Shown: positions 11,655 through 24,920, counted from the first letter of the stretch. The stretch: DNA of 64,000 nt from Hydrolagus colliei (GCA_035084275.1 CM068743.1:92690001-92754000); one strand, 5' to 3'. Made by a program: numbers and translations. Notes: generated from the sequence alone by a model not told the origin.

Positions 11655-12050
11655 TATGTTTTATCTAGCACCTTTCACATAGGGCATCTTTAAGGATATA
11701 CTATAAATGGAGTTTTGTAGTCGTATGCACAGGGCCATTAGCGCACAACAATACCCTACAAACAGCCATAAATTAATTTTATTAGGAAATTATTGGCCAG
11801 GACACCAGGGGCAATGCCCTCAATAGTGCCATAGGATCTTTAAATTCAATTTAATTGATCTTTAAATTCCAATTGAACAAGTAGATGTTTAGTGTCTCAT
11901 CTGCAGACCAACACCTCCAATAATGCAGCTCACCCTCAGCATCATATTGGAGTGTCAGCCTGGTTGATACGAGTTTCAAATCCTGACATGGAGCTTGAAT
12001 TCACAACCTTCTCACTCGGAGGTGAGAGGGCTACCAAGTCAGGGTGACAC
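11655..12050 (-). mobile_element. Old DeuSINE
   Basis: Plus strand TTGGCCAGGACACCAGG...AATAGTGCCATAGGATCTT...GGAGTGTCAGCCTGG...CACAACCTTCTCACTC is the reverse complement of the consensus. Confidence 0.7.
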
Positions 12051-12709
12051 AAAAGGCTATAAGTACAATGGAATATGTAGAATGGATGGAAGTGTAATAC
12101 GATAAATCTCACTTTTGGTGTCAAGCCAGGTGGAGTTGACTCACATAGGAGTTCTAGTCAACCGTATACTATATGAGTTGGAATCGAGCCTAACGTCTGT
12201 GGTGGTCATGACAGCCTAGTTCCTGAGCCGGGCAGATAAGCGGTATTCCAGGGTACTACTGATGTCTGACCAGCCAGGCTGACTCAGCAGCAGGACTTGA
12301 AAGGGCAGATGTGTCACCAGGGGCAGGGATTCCTCCCACTCAGCGCCAGACAAGCCTAAGTCCTAGGGTGCTCCAAGGCTCTTAGCTGGACAAACAGTGG
12401 GAAAACTTAGGTGGAGGGATTGCGGGATGCCAGATAATGCTACCTCTGGCAAGCTATGCAGTTTTAGCTGATTAGATTCCATCATTACCACAACACACTC
12501 TGGGGTCCTTGAGCCTTGGATCCTGCCAATCTCTGATTAATTTTTTTCAGAATTAGGTAAGTAGCATGCATCCCTCCAGGGCGCAAGTGCACATTCCATT
12601 CCAATAAATACCTCTGGAATGTATAGATGGCTTGGAATTCTCAGTTTGTTGTGTATATTCTTGAGCATAGTGACTCCCACCATGTTTAAGCTTGTTATTT
12701 TTGTTATAT

Positions 12710-13160
12710 AACAACAATAAATTGACATTTATAGAGCACCTTTCACGTCGGGAGGACGTCCCCAGGGCGCTGATCAGTCAGGATGGGACCCAAGCAAGGG
12801 AGATAGGCTGGGTAGGGGTGAAGGGTGGGAGAGAGTTAGGAGGGGAGGGAGAGTTGGGAGGGCAGCAGAAGGCACGGTTGAAGAGGAGGGTCTTGAGACT
12901 GGCCTTGAAGGAGGGCAAGGGAGTGAGTGAGGCAAAGGGACTGTGCGATGGTGTTCCAGAGTGTGGGGGCAGAGAGGTGTGGAACCCTGTCCGTTGATGG
13001 TAGGGTGGGTCGGGCAGGGGACATAGAGCAGGCCGGAGCCCACTGAATGGATGGGGTAGGAGGTTCGTAGGGGACAGCAAGGCAAAGAGGTGGGGTGGGG
13101 TGGGGGGCAAAGCCGTGAATAGCCTTGAAGGTGCGGGCGAGGATCTTGAATCTGACATCC
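12710..13160 (-). mobile_element. L2 LINE 3' end
   Basis: PSFKASLKTLLFNRAF on minus strand plus the conserved L2 terminus. Confidence 0.8.
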
Positions 13161-13249
13161 AACACTAAGACTGAAACTAAGTAAAATAACGTAATGAAGG
13201 GGAGAAACTGAGGACAGAGAAAATTAAGAAACAATAGTAGAAATCATGG

Positions 13250-13420
13250 TGAACACTTCGGGCCCATGACTTTTTGTCAGAACTCACAAACCTTCTGATT
13301 ACCCGAAACAATTATTCACTTTTCCTTTCTCCATAGATGTTGCCTGACCTGCTGAGTGTTCCCAGCGTTTTATATTTTTGTTTCAAATTTCCAGTATCTG
13401 CAGTATTTTGTGGTTTTGTA
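13250..13420. mobile_element. Degraded Penelope-like fold-back element
   Basis: Homologous to 54729-54969: ACCCGAAAC...TTTCCTTTCTCCATAGATGTTGCCTGACCTGCTGAG...ATCTGCAGTATTTTG with a short inverted left arm. Confidence 0.6.
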
Positions 13421-14026
13421 GAAGAAATTAAAGCCTTTCAACAGACCATGGCTACAGTATCATGGATTATGAACTCCTCCTATAACAACTCACACTTATA
13501 CAGCCGCTTTCACGTATGAAAGACCATATCAGAGTCCTTCAGAAAGATGATTTGAATCTCCGAAAAGGGAGGAAAGCAGTTCTTAGTTTGAGGCTATTGA
13601 CCAAAGACATGATCAAACACGCTAGTTTTCAGGAGTGTTTCGAAATCCCAATGGGAAGAGATTTTGGGAGAGAGCTCCAGAAAGTAGGATGCACTTGACT
13701 ATACTTGATTGAAGGCATGGCTAACCCTTATCGAAACAGGGAGAAAATGAGGAAGGCAGCAGCACAGTGCATCACGTTAGAGTTAGGATTAGGATTCGCT
13801 AGTGGCTTCCCACTGAACTTTCCTTGCTGCTAATTAATAAAAAGCAGCAGTGTTTGAGAAAGGAATTAGAGGCGATTGCAAACTGGCACAATAGTTGGCG
13901 TTTCAACATGCTGTGCTGGAAAGATGCAGATTTAGGTTTGTAATTCCTCACACGATGAGCTCCTAGTCTCCATGGTTTCATCAGGGAGCTGCCAAGCGCA
14001 GGCCACGTGCTTCCTTACAGCACAAG

Positions 14027-14050
14027 AGGGAGAGCGAGAGAGAGAGAGAG
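14027..14050 (+). repeat. (AG)n microsatellite
   Basis: Direct reading. Confidence 0.85.
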
Positions 14051-15763
14051 TGACAGAAAGAGAGAGGACAGAGATAAAGTGAAGGAAATAAATAAACCAG
14101 ACAAAGACATAGACGACAAAGAGATACAGTATATAGAGAGATGGAAACCCTGCTTATTTTAATGTATAACCCTAACCCCTATATTATAGATTTAACATTA
14201 TTTTCAGATCATTTAAACAATGAAAGTACAGAATAAATCAGGTTTGAAATTCATCAATTCTGAGCCCCATTTCTGAATTCACTTCCAAAAAGAAGGCTTC
14301 TGAATAGAATTGCTGTGATTGGGTGCAGCATAAATCCAAAAGCACTTTCAAACTAAAAAAAAAGTTAAGCTTACAACTGGTATTTGTTTTGCTGTTATTT
14401 GAAATGGCACCGGGCTTCAGTGCTGGATAGCTGATGCATAGCAGTGCATGTACAGAGTTCTCTCTGTATTCTGTCTACATGGTTCCTTCATTAGTGACAC
14501 CCAGGATGTAGTATTGACAGCATGTGATCAACTTTTATTCTGTCCCTCATCTAAATCATTAATGAGCATTCCATTGGCAGTCAGTCTCACTGGGTTTACG
14601 TGTCATGTGGATAGATTCCAAAACTACACACTGGAATGCTGATGGTGTGTCTGTCTGTGTGTGTCTGCATGTGTGTGTGCTTCAAACAAAATCCAATATG
14701 GCTATTCATCAACTACAGAAGGGTAGCTCCTAGACAATTAAATTTTTTGGGGTTGGCATTGATCTGTAAGACCTTTGCCATTTTCCATCCTTTCTCTCAA
14801 GGCAGCGTTTAAAAGCTCAGCATTAATACCCTCCACATCTGCTGTCTAACTCTAGAATTAGCAAGGAAAAATAGTGCCGTCCACTTCCTCCAGCACACTG
14901 GATCATTAAGGCCTTCAATCTGTCAACATCTCCTAACAGCTTTTCCAACCCCTTTGCGGGAGGATTTTATGGCTTGTTGGCACAGGCACCAACTCAGCGT
15001 AATGCTCCCTCCAGAGCACAACAACAAATTACACTTGAATAGCACCCTACATGTCGGAAAGAACTCCCAAGATCCTCATGGATCTGCTGAGGAACATTGG
15101 ACTTGTCAAACATTAGTATCAGGACAAAGGACCCATGTTAACCCTGGCTAATGACAAATGTTAGCCAATTGAAGAAAGGTGAAGAATCATATTAGTGCAA
15201 TTGCAATCCTTTACAGAGTGGAGCAAACCACTGATCCTCCTTAAATCCCATTTGTCCCTCTTTGAGTCACCTTGTGCTTGATCATAATCATTTTTTGCAG
15301 CAATCCTATCTTGCTACAGTAGTATATTTCTAATATTGCTTTTAAAATTCCTATATTTTTACCTAAAACATTTTAAAATGTGTAGCAGAAATGCATTTTT
15401 AGTGATGATTCATGGAATGCTTTTAGATTTGAGGTGAACCTCATGATGAGGGGAAGGAAATGTGAGAGACTAGTGTACTCTGCAGCTAAACATATTTTAC
15501 TGAAACCATGAATAATTACCTGATAAAGATACGCAAGGACATTGGACAAGACTTAACATTAATTCTCTTTACACAATCTGTAGTTCTGGTTAAAAAAACA
15601 AAGAAGAAATTGTGAAGCAGTGGCAGTGAGATGAGAAACTATCAGGAAAGAAAAATGTGAGGGGGAAGGCTCCGAAGGTGGAGCAAGGTCGACAAAAATA
15701 GCTGTTGATTACCAAGAGACAAAGTAGAAACAGTGACTGGAGAACAGGCATTCGCTGTAAGCA

Positions 15764-16142
15764 GGCATCCTGCAGCTTAGTGGCTAGAGCTCTCGTCTCG
15801 CAAGTGAGCGGACTTGGGTTTGATTACCGGGGAGGGCGAAATGTTTGGCAAGTTTCCTTACTCCACATGCCTCTATTTACCTGACAGTGAGTAGGAACCA
15901 GATCGGTAGTCAATTGGTGGATTCCTTTTTTGGGGGTAATATTCCCGTTAGAAATAAAAAAAATAGTGGTTACTCAATCCACGATTGTTTATGGAACACT
16001 CCTGTGCACAATTGGCTGTCATGTTTCACTGACAAAATATACAGTCAATTCACTATACAGTATATTCCGTGAAGCACTTTGAGACTTCTCAAAGATGTGA
16101 TAAGGTGCTATATCAAATAAAAGGATTATGATTATTATTATT
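15764..16142 (+). mobile_element. tRNA-derived SINE (long form)
   Basis: Same head and tail as the young SINE plus an extra segment GCCTCTATTTACCTGACAGTGAGTAGGAACC...GGTGGATTCC. Confidence 0.85.
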
Positions 16143-16711
16143 TAATTGAGTCATCAGACAATAGGCTTTAGTAATGACACAAGAAGGCAGCTATAGCATT
16201 GCATGCAAAGAGGTCACAGAACAGAAGATACTTCATCTTGGTCAACAACTGTCCTTCCTTCACGAATACTTGCCTGAGGGCATCTATTATAGTAATAGAA
16301 TTAGCTTTTTAACAACTACATGAGATGGAATAACAAGTTGAATGAGGATATTTCTGTTTTACAGTATGGAATAATGACAGACCACAGACAAGAAGGAAGT
16401 TGCTCATTACTGACAATTAAATTGTTTCCTTGGAGTCAATCTTAATCCATTCTGAATTCATTGTGTGAGACACATTCCCATGCTTGAGTGCCTTTGGCTG
16501 TATTTACTGAGTAGCTGAGAAAATCAATGATAAGTGAAGGTTCAGTGTAAAAAATATTATTCTCATTATTGCTGCACAGGCACCAAGAATGAGAAGTAGC
16601 ATATCATGTCTTATTTTCACAATTGTAAACACTTTTTTTGCCTTCATGTAGAGCACCATTGATATTGCCAATGAAGGAGAGCGTCACTGAAATATGAAAC
16701 AATTAATAATC

Positions 16712-17770
16712 AACACAAATTTGCACTAATATAGCACCCTCCATGCTGGGCAGTGTCTCAGCGCAGTATAAGCATGGTCGAAGCGGAAGGTTTTCAGGAG
16801 GGGCTTGAGGGAGAGTGTTCCGGGGTTTTGGGTCATAGCGGCTGAAAACGCAGCCTCCGATGGTGGGGTGGAAGTGCGATGGATGAGCAGGAGGCCAGTG
16901 CCAGTCGAGCGGAGGTGCTGGGTGGTGGATTGGGGAGTCATGAAATCACCCAAAGGGAGCATATAGACAAGGAAAAGAAGAGGGCTAAGGATGGAGACCT
17001 GGGGTACACCGCAGGCGACCAGGCCGGGTGGGAGGAGAGACCATTTGCTAAGATGAAATGGAGGAGGTTCGTTTAGTAGGACTTAAACCATGCGAGTGCA
17101 GTCCCAATAAGGTAGATGAGGGAGGAGAGGTAGTGGAGGAGGATGCGTGGTCAACTGTGTTGAACACAGCAGAGAGATCCAGGAGGATGAGGAGTTCAGA
17201 GAGAGCTCTAGAGAGAATGTTGTTTGTGACTTTGACAACAATAGTCTCTGTCTAATGGGCAGGGAAAAACCAGACTGCAATGGCTCAACGAGGGATTGGA
17301 TAGAGAGCTGTTCTAGGATTTTGGTAAGGGTCGGCTGGACATGGGACATTAGTGAGAGAGATTAGCGGGATCAAGGGTGGGTTTTCTGAGGAGAGCAAAG
17401 ACAGTGGTTTTCAGGGGGTGTGGAACAGAGCCTGAGTAGAGAGGCTGGTTGCCCTGTTGACCAGCCGTTGGGAGAGAAGGGGGAGTTGAGTGACCAGCAG
17501 TTGGGTGGGGGAAGGGATCGAGGTAGCAAGTGCTGAATTTCATCTGAGTGATTGTGCTTGAGAGGGAGGGAGAAATGGGGGCAAAGGAGTGTGGGGAGAG
17601 GAAAGTGGCAGGAACTGAGGCAGAGGCAATTGTTGTTGTTGTTGGTCTGGGTGGGTTTAAGGTGATATGGTGGGTGGGGAGGTGGGAGGAGAAGAAGTCT
17701 AGGAACTCTTCACACGGCGTCTGATGTAAGGATGAAGGGGGCTTGAGAGGGTCCACTGAGGAGATGATGG
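16712..17770 (-). mobile_element. L2 LINE, internally deleted and decayed
   Basis: Minus ORFs: CEEFLDFFS, STCYLDPFP, LRKPTLDPANLS, EPLQSGF, MLPLGD; L2 terminus near 16715-16765. Confidence 0.8.
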
Positions 17771-17809
17771 ATGGTGAAAAACAGCATCTTTAGATAGTTG
17801 TTTGCCTCC

Positions 17810-18032
17810 AGGTTGACTTTGGAGTAAAACACGTCAGCCAATTGCGCACAGCAGTGTCCCACTGCTGTGCGCAACAGTCGTGGATTGAAGGGACCAATTT
17901 ATTATTTTTTTCTTGAGGGATTATTATCAGGCATGTAGAGTAAGGAAACTTGCCTAACGTTTCATCCAGCCAGGAAGCAAACCAGTCTCATTTGTGCGGC
18001 GAGTGCTCTAACTACTGAGCTACAGGACTCCA
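17810..18032 (-). mobile_element. Young tRNA-derived SINE, 3'-truncated
   Basis: Head ACTGAGCTACAGGACTCC (plus strand) ends near 18031; Deu-like core present. Confidence 0.8.
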
Positions 18033-18266
18033 GGGAAATCAGGTAAGTGCTTTTAAAAGAGTCAATGAATACCAGTGAGAGAACTCCTTCATTACCTTTC
18101 CCTGAGCTAGATGTGTACCTGAATTTTCATAGGTAAAGGACAATTTAACTGTGCCTTACCTCCTGGAATTGAATACTACCTGTGTAGGCCCTTAAATAGA
18201 TGCCATCTTAAAGTAAATTTTGAAAATTAAGGTTAAATCAAATGCATCATATTTTACATATTTTGT

Positions 18267-18639
18267 GGAGCTCCTCTAGCTCAGTGGTTAGAGCACTCAC
18301 CTTACAAGCGTGAGACATGTGTTTGAATCAAGGCAGATCAGGGTGAAACTTTGGGCAAGTTTCCTTACACCACATATAATCCGTCCCCCCAAAAATCTAG
18401 AATAACAAAAATTGGTCAGTTCAATCCACGACTGTTTGTGGGACACTGCTGTGTGCAATTGGCTGACACGTTTTGGCCACAAATATACAATAAAATTGAC
18501 TTTACAGTATATTCTGAGACGTTGATAAGATGTGTTTTGGCCACAAATATACAATAAAATTGACTTTACAGTATATTCTGAGACGTTGATAAGATATGAA
18601 AAGCGCTATATCAAAATGCAAGGATTATTATTATTATTA
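18267..18639 (+). mobile_element. Young tRNA-derived SINE with internal 64-bp-period tandem duplication
   Basis: A/B boxes, (TTA)n tail; 18470-18531 is repeated at 18534-18595. Confidence 0.88.
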
Positions 18640-19165
18640 CAAACGCACTCTCCCTAAAACTTCCAATCAAAATGATACATTTTATTTTACAGATTTGTTA
18701 TCTATTACATTATCTTTGAGGAGTTCTCTATGAGTAAATCCGTTATACTAAGCACAGCATTCATTCAGCAAGCAATACACTACCCTGGAAATGCCGTAGA
18801 AAAAATTATTTGAAAAAAACTCAGAAATGGATGTTGAGTAAAGTGAATTGACTGTGTATTTTGTAGGAAAATGCAAAACAAAAACAAACCTCCTACAATG
18901 GAACACAATGTTGATCCAATAAACCACTGAGCTGCCTTGGCCAGAAAGGTTGCATGTTGAATCTCTGGTCTGTTGTCACTGCCTTAGGATGTCCTCCTGA
19001 CATGAAAGGCTCTATATCAATGCAATTTGTTGTTGTTGTGTTGGCTATGCTGATCTCAATTGGTTGCAAAATTGTGTGTGTCAGCCTAGCTTGTAGTAGC
19101 ATTCTCACCTCTGAGTCATAAGGTTGTGGGTTCAAGCCCCATGGCATGACATGGAATCAGATAGT

Positions 19166-19626
19166 TGTAACTGATAGGTATGAATGAATGTTAAGAAAGT
19201 ATGTTTCAGGTTAGCAATGAGTCAGCAGAATAGAGAAGAACATTCTGAGGTTTGAGACTGGAACCGGTCAGGAGCGGAATGTGATAAGTGTGCGAGGCTC
19301 AGTTTGAGGAGTGAGTGCAGCTGGGCAGATTAGAGTGGGTGCAATAGCAACAGGGCTGTTCACGTGAACGACACGATGGAAGGAATCTCTATCCCTTATA
19401 AGGGATTTCCAGTCACGTGAAGCATGAACAGCTCTGCTTTGATAGGAAGACAAGACTCCCCCACGGGCAAATGACAGTTTATCAAGAGCCATGACTAATA
19501 GTTTGTTGGAATAACGCAAGAAACGTACCTGCATGTTGTAACTCTGACAAGTGCTGCAATAAAGAACTTTTGTTTGAACAACTTTGACTCAGGAGATTTT
19601 TTGCAGTAAAACAGCCTGATCTAACA
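19166..19626 (+). mobile_element. Probable solo LTR inserted in a DeuSINE
   Basis: TGTAAC...CTAACA termini, TATAA at ~19397, AATAAA 19558-19563; it splits a DeuSINE whose head is at 19078-19165 and which resumes at CTGACACTCC (~19630). TSD not cleanly preserved. Confidence 0.65.
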
Positions 19627-19818
19627 TGACTGACACTCCAACAAAGTGCTGGGGGAGTGTTGCATTGTCAGAGGTGAGGTCCTTCAGAGGACATGTTAAA
19701 CCAAGGTCGCATCTGCCTGTTTAGATAGACTTTGTAGATCCCATAACTGATAGTGCTACATACAGTCAATCCACAGTATATCCCGTGAAGCGCTTTCAGA
19801 TGTCTCGAAGATGTGATA

Positions 19819-20120
19819 ATAATAATAATAAACCTTACATTTGATATAAATCTTTTCATGTCTTCTAGAAGTCTCAAAGCGCTTCACAGAATATACTGTA
19901 AAATGAATTGACTGCATGTTTGTGGGCGAAACACAACAACCAATTGCATACAGCAGTGTCCCACAAACAGTTGTGGATTGACTTGATCAATTATCTTTCC
20001 TCAAGGGACTATCAGGCGTGTGGAGTACGGAAACTTGCCCAAGGTTTTGCCCTGCCTGGAGTTGAACCCGGGTCTCTTGCTCGTATGGCGAGTGCTCTAA
20101 CCACTGAGCTACAGGACTCC
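19819..20120 (-). mobile_element. Young tRNA-derived SINE
   Basis: Full head-to-tail copy; lies tail-to-tail with a plus-strand SINE 3' segment at ~19755-19818. Confidence 0.88.
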
Positions 20121-23100
20121 AAGGCACTATATTAAATCCAACTGATTGCATTTAATGACTGTGAGGTTAAGGAGAGAGAAATCAGGCAATTTTCCTTGTC
20201 CTGATCTTTATCCAGCAAACTCTTCAACCCATCACCCTCAATCAAGATACTGGTTCGACTTAAAGATTATCATTCTAACCTTTAACTCCTCCTAAGAGCA
20301 CTTTCCCTGTTCAGTCTCTGTGGTCCAGCCTATACTCTGCACTTTGCCAATTCAAATCTGCTCCATGTCTCGCACCTACTCCGGCCTGTCATACGTGAGC
20401 ATGCTTCAATTACTCTGTGCCTACTGTTTGGAATTCTCTCTCTAATTATCTACACCCGCTCTCTGCTTTCAAAACCATTCTGAAAACAACCTCTTTCACT
20501 GCTCCAGTCAATCTTCTTCCAATTGCCCCTCTCCTCCCCTTCCATCCCAACTCCCAACCTTATTTGAGGCTCCATTTTGACACTGTGAAGCACTTCATAA
20601 AAAATTTCTAGGTTGACTCAGATGTGAGAGTATTATCATCTGAGCAAAGCTGACACACAAAAACTATCATTGTGGCAAATAAGAAGGGATGACTACACAA
20701 AAAACAATAATTCTGAACAAATATTTCCTTTACCTTCCTGAAACAAACGATAAAGATTCATACCATAATAATGTTCAATGTTACTTTTCCAATGTAAATC
20801 AAAGTTGTAACTCAAGCACAGTAAAGTCCTATTGAATTTTCTACAATTCAAAATGTAGGCTAACTCTCTTACATGCAGTACTAAGGACTTCCATTTGCAC
20901 TGACCCACTGAGAACCTAATGACAATCATAGCAGCTGAGAAAGATCAAGTCAGATGGAAAAGGCATTACTGGTATCAAATCATCACCCCAGCCTTCTGTA
21001 CTAAAGCTCATTTAGAAGCAGCTACAATGCCTTTGAATTTTGCTAATATCCTTAATATCCTTCACCTTTCTCATCTCAAAGTAATTCGTCCCATATTCAT
21101 TTCTCTCATTGAAGCAATTGGGATGGGCAGTGGGTGGGGAGGTGAGAGAACTGGATGGAGGAGGTTCCAAAACATCTGAAGGACAGTTTCTATTCCTTTC
21201 ACAGGTAGCGAGACAAAACTACTAGCCTCCCTCCTCAAGTACACCTCAGAGAAATACATACCTACAGGCCCATTTAATTTTACACATATTAAGTTTTACT
21301 GCAGATAGGAGCGTAATATTGCACAATAAGGCTGAACTGCTTCATACCACTCCCTCTGGTTTTCTTTCCATCACTTTCTGTGCTGCCTCATACCTTCCAC
21401 TCTGCCTCGTACAAACTTCTGAGAAGCAGCATGTAGAGTGATGGGAAGAGAGCTGGAATGGGAGGTGCGTGGCAGTGAAGAGAATGATGGGAAAAGAACC
21501 GATGTGGGAAGCATGAGATAGAAATTGGCAGCAACAGGAAGAGAACAGGAGGTATGACTCGTAAATAAATCCCCAAATAATACTGTACATACAAATATAA
21601 ATGTGCTATATAAATAAAAAGATTCATGAAAACTAGCCTTCATATCTTTCTAAAGCAGGTACTTTAACATCATCCCCTTTTTAAACTTTTTAAAAAAGTA
21701 TAATTTTGCACAAATTTCATTTTTTGTTTGCATATTTTTTTTCTGTGTATATATTTCCCTGGGGTGCACTCGGGGGAAGTCTGAATGCAAAATATCGACC
21801 AAGAATGGGAAGCAAATGTTTATTTCTCAAATAAGACAGATTTAAGATCCAGTTTAGAGATGTGTGCCTCCTTCAAGTCCTGCCTCAAGAACCTCCTCTT
21901 CGATGGTCCCATCGGTCACCCCAAATCCCCACCCTTTCCCTCCACCCTTCCCGTCCTCGACCCCAGCTCGGGTCTGATACACTGACTGTCCAGCACCTTG
22001 GGATGCCCTCTTGACGTGAAAAGCGCTATACAAGTGTAATTTTGTTGTTCTTGTGAAACAAGAACATTTAGATGAATACTTCAATTTCATATCTCGTCAT
22101 TCGAAATATTTTACAATTGTCACCTTACCCATCAAGATTAACATTTAGCAGGATGGAGAGAAACCATTGGTGGTTTGGCAGATGCTCAGAAATATCAGCT
22201 TTGAATAGGAACACAGATGATCTCGGTGTAATAATTGTACAACAGAACATAATAGTGTGTTCAACAATGATAGGGGACTTTCTTAACAGTCTGCTATTCT
22301 CGTTCTAATTGTTTGTGTTGTTTGTTTCAATTATCAATTTCCCTTTCTTGTTTTCTATTGCCTGGAAATGATCTGCAACAGAATCAGCCAAAGGCACTCA
22401 AAGGTAATGAAGAGTCTTGTCTTTCAATTCTTTCGTGCACTATGATATTGCTCCACTGATGTCTCATCAGAGTTTCAGTGTGTGGGGGAAGCATCTCAAG
22501 ATAACTCTCTCAACACCTAGATAAGTGGCTGTGAGTGGCTTTTATTAACCTCCAATAGAAACAAACACGGGAAAGCCATTGAAGGTAAAGTGCTGTCACT
22601 GGGATCCAGTGGCAACACTCAGCATCTTGTATCTGTTATACAAGGTGACAGATAATCACTAATAACTGAACCGATAATTTTATGTGTACAGAGATTTCAG
22701 ACTATCTAAAAATATATGTATCTATGCATAATTATGAACTGTTAGTAGAATGAATGCTTATTTTCTTCACAAGCCTGCTGAGCTTGAGCTATGATTGTAA
22801 AGTAGCAAGCCTTGCTACTCAACGCATACAGTAAACTACATAACAACAGCTGTAATTTCAAAACCTGTATGTTATTTATTTTCCACATTTTTTTGAAGAC
22901 TGAAGTGCACTTCAAGGAGGTGATACATTATGAGGATGGATGACAGCATAAATTGCAGGAGTAAAATTCAGTTTATTCCAGAGTTGAGATGTGTCTCTGC
23001 CTTGTAACGTATGACAGATCATTTTATTTTGTACAACATACGCATACTATTTTTTTCAGCCAAATTTCTTCACCAACTTCTTCTGCATCCTCTTCTAAAG

Positions 23101-24404
23101 GCGCTTGTCTCCTTTCTCCTGTGGACTGCAGCTCCATTGGAGCCAGAGACTCCTTTTGTATCTCATTCATGAGGGTAGTATTCACAAATGAACCTTGACA
23201 CAAAGTGTTGACAAGCTCTTAAACCAAGGGGAGCTGATTCTATCCTCGCCAGTGTGTAGCAAAGACAATTTTTGTTTTAATGTCTTTTTGCCTTTAAGGC
23301 ACACAATGTTCACAAATACAACGTGGCTTTTGTTAAATTTGCAAATTTGAACACATGCACATTCATTCACAAATATAATATTGTAGATGCAATGTTAATA
23401 CTGAATAATCTTTGTTACATTTACAAGTTGCTTTTGCATTTGTTTTCTGTAAATCCCTTCACCATATTACCTTTGAAAACTGGATCCATCAATCTTGGTA
23501 AAACTGGATGCACTGCAATTGCTGTAACTATATAAAGTTATTAAGTCTGAATCATTGAAAAGTTTGCAGGTTATAATTCGCAGTGTTTATACATGAATCT
23601 TGAATATGTTACTTGGAACCACAATCGATTTGTGCAGTAGTAAAATTTTCAGAGGTTATGTAACCATTGCTAACCAGCACCTTGCGACGTCCTCCTGACG
23701 TGAAAGGCGCTATACAAATGTAATTTTGTTGTTCTATATAGTACTGTATACAGTACTGTATATTTTTAGACGTAGTTCTACTATCTTCTTCAAGATGTAA
23801 ATTAGGGCCTCACAATAACTTAATTAAAAGAGAAGCAGTGAAAATTATCATGAATGTTGATATGACTACTACTCCTGCCTCTTTTTTTTGCATAACGCAG
23901 GATTTTTGAGCCTCAGCCGTCTGAATTTGCTCCAAGACTTAGACTGCAAGACAGTTTTTTTTGTTTCAATATGTAAGATTGCCCAGAAATATAGAAATAT
24001 ATGTACATTCATTAATTTGACAGCTAATTATTCTTAAGAAGTGGAAGGCAAGCTTCCAAATTAAGAAGTATGAGTTTCAAGACATAATAGTCTACAGGCT
24101 AAGGTTGAAATTTCAGGCCCCAAAAAGAAAGGAATCTTAGTTTATTTTCCACATCTCACCTGATATACTGACATCTGTTACAGGGTTCCTTGCACCACCT
24201 CAAAACGTGTGTTATTTCTTCAAAAGCCATCTTTGATCAAAACATGCAACCAATTGACACAATTTTAATCATTAACATTTGGTCTAACATGAATTGCAAG
24301 ACTATGACATCCAATTAAGAGTCTTGATTAGATGTCTTGGGTTAGCTTGGCGCCTTTTGAGAGTACTGTACTCTCATTTCTCAATGTGTTATGGGTTCAA
24401 CAGT

Positions 24405-24920
24405 AACAATAGCTTGCACTTATATAGCACCCTCCACGCTGAGTAGCATCTCAGAGCACTTAAAATTGGTGGAGCTTGACTCCGAGCCAGGTGGTTTATG
24501 AGGGGAGTGGGGAGGGGTGGATGAAGGGGGAGGATGAGGGGATGGTGGCTGTAAGCACAGATGAAGAGGAAGGTTTTCAGGTGGGACTTGAAAAGGGGGA
24601 GAATGGGGGCAAGGTAAATGGATTCAGAGAGAGTGTGTTCCAGAATTTTGGAGCGTAGTGGTTGAAAGCGCGACCTCCGATGGTGGGTCAGAAGGTTCCA
24701 GGGACGAGCAGGAGGCCAGTGCCAGTCGAGTCAAGTCACTGGGTAGTGGAATGGGGATTGAAGAGGTTGGAAAGATAGGGAGATTGGCAGAGAGTGAATG
24801 GATTTGAACACAAGTGTGAGGATCTTGTAGTTTGATCCATTCGGTGATCGGGAGCCAGTGGAGCCTAACCAGAATTGGTGAGATGTGGGTCCAGGTCAAT
24901 ATGCGGGCCGCTAAGTGAGT
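24405..24920 (-). mobile_element. L2 LINE 3' end inserted in a plus-strand DeuSINE (~24335-25250)
   Basis: AARILTWTHISPILVRLHWLPI on minus strand; DeuSINE continues at TGGCTGACACTCC (24961). Confidence 0.8.
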
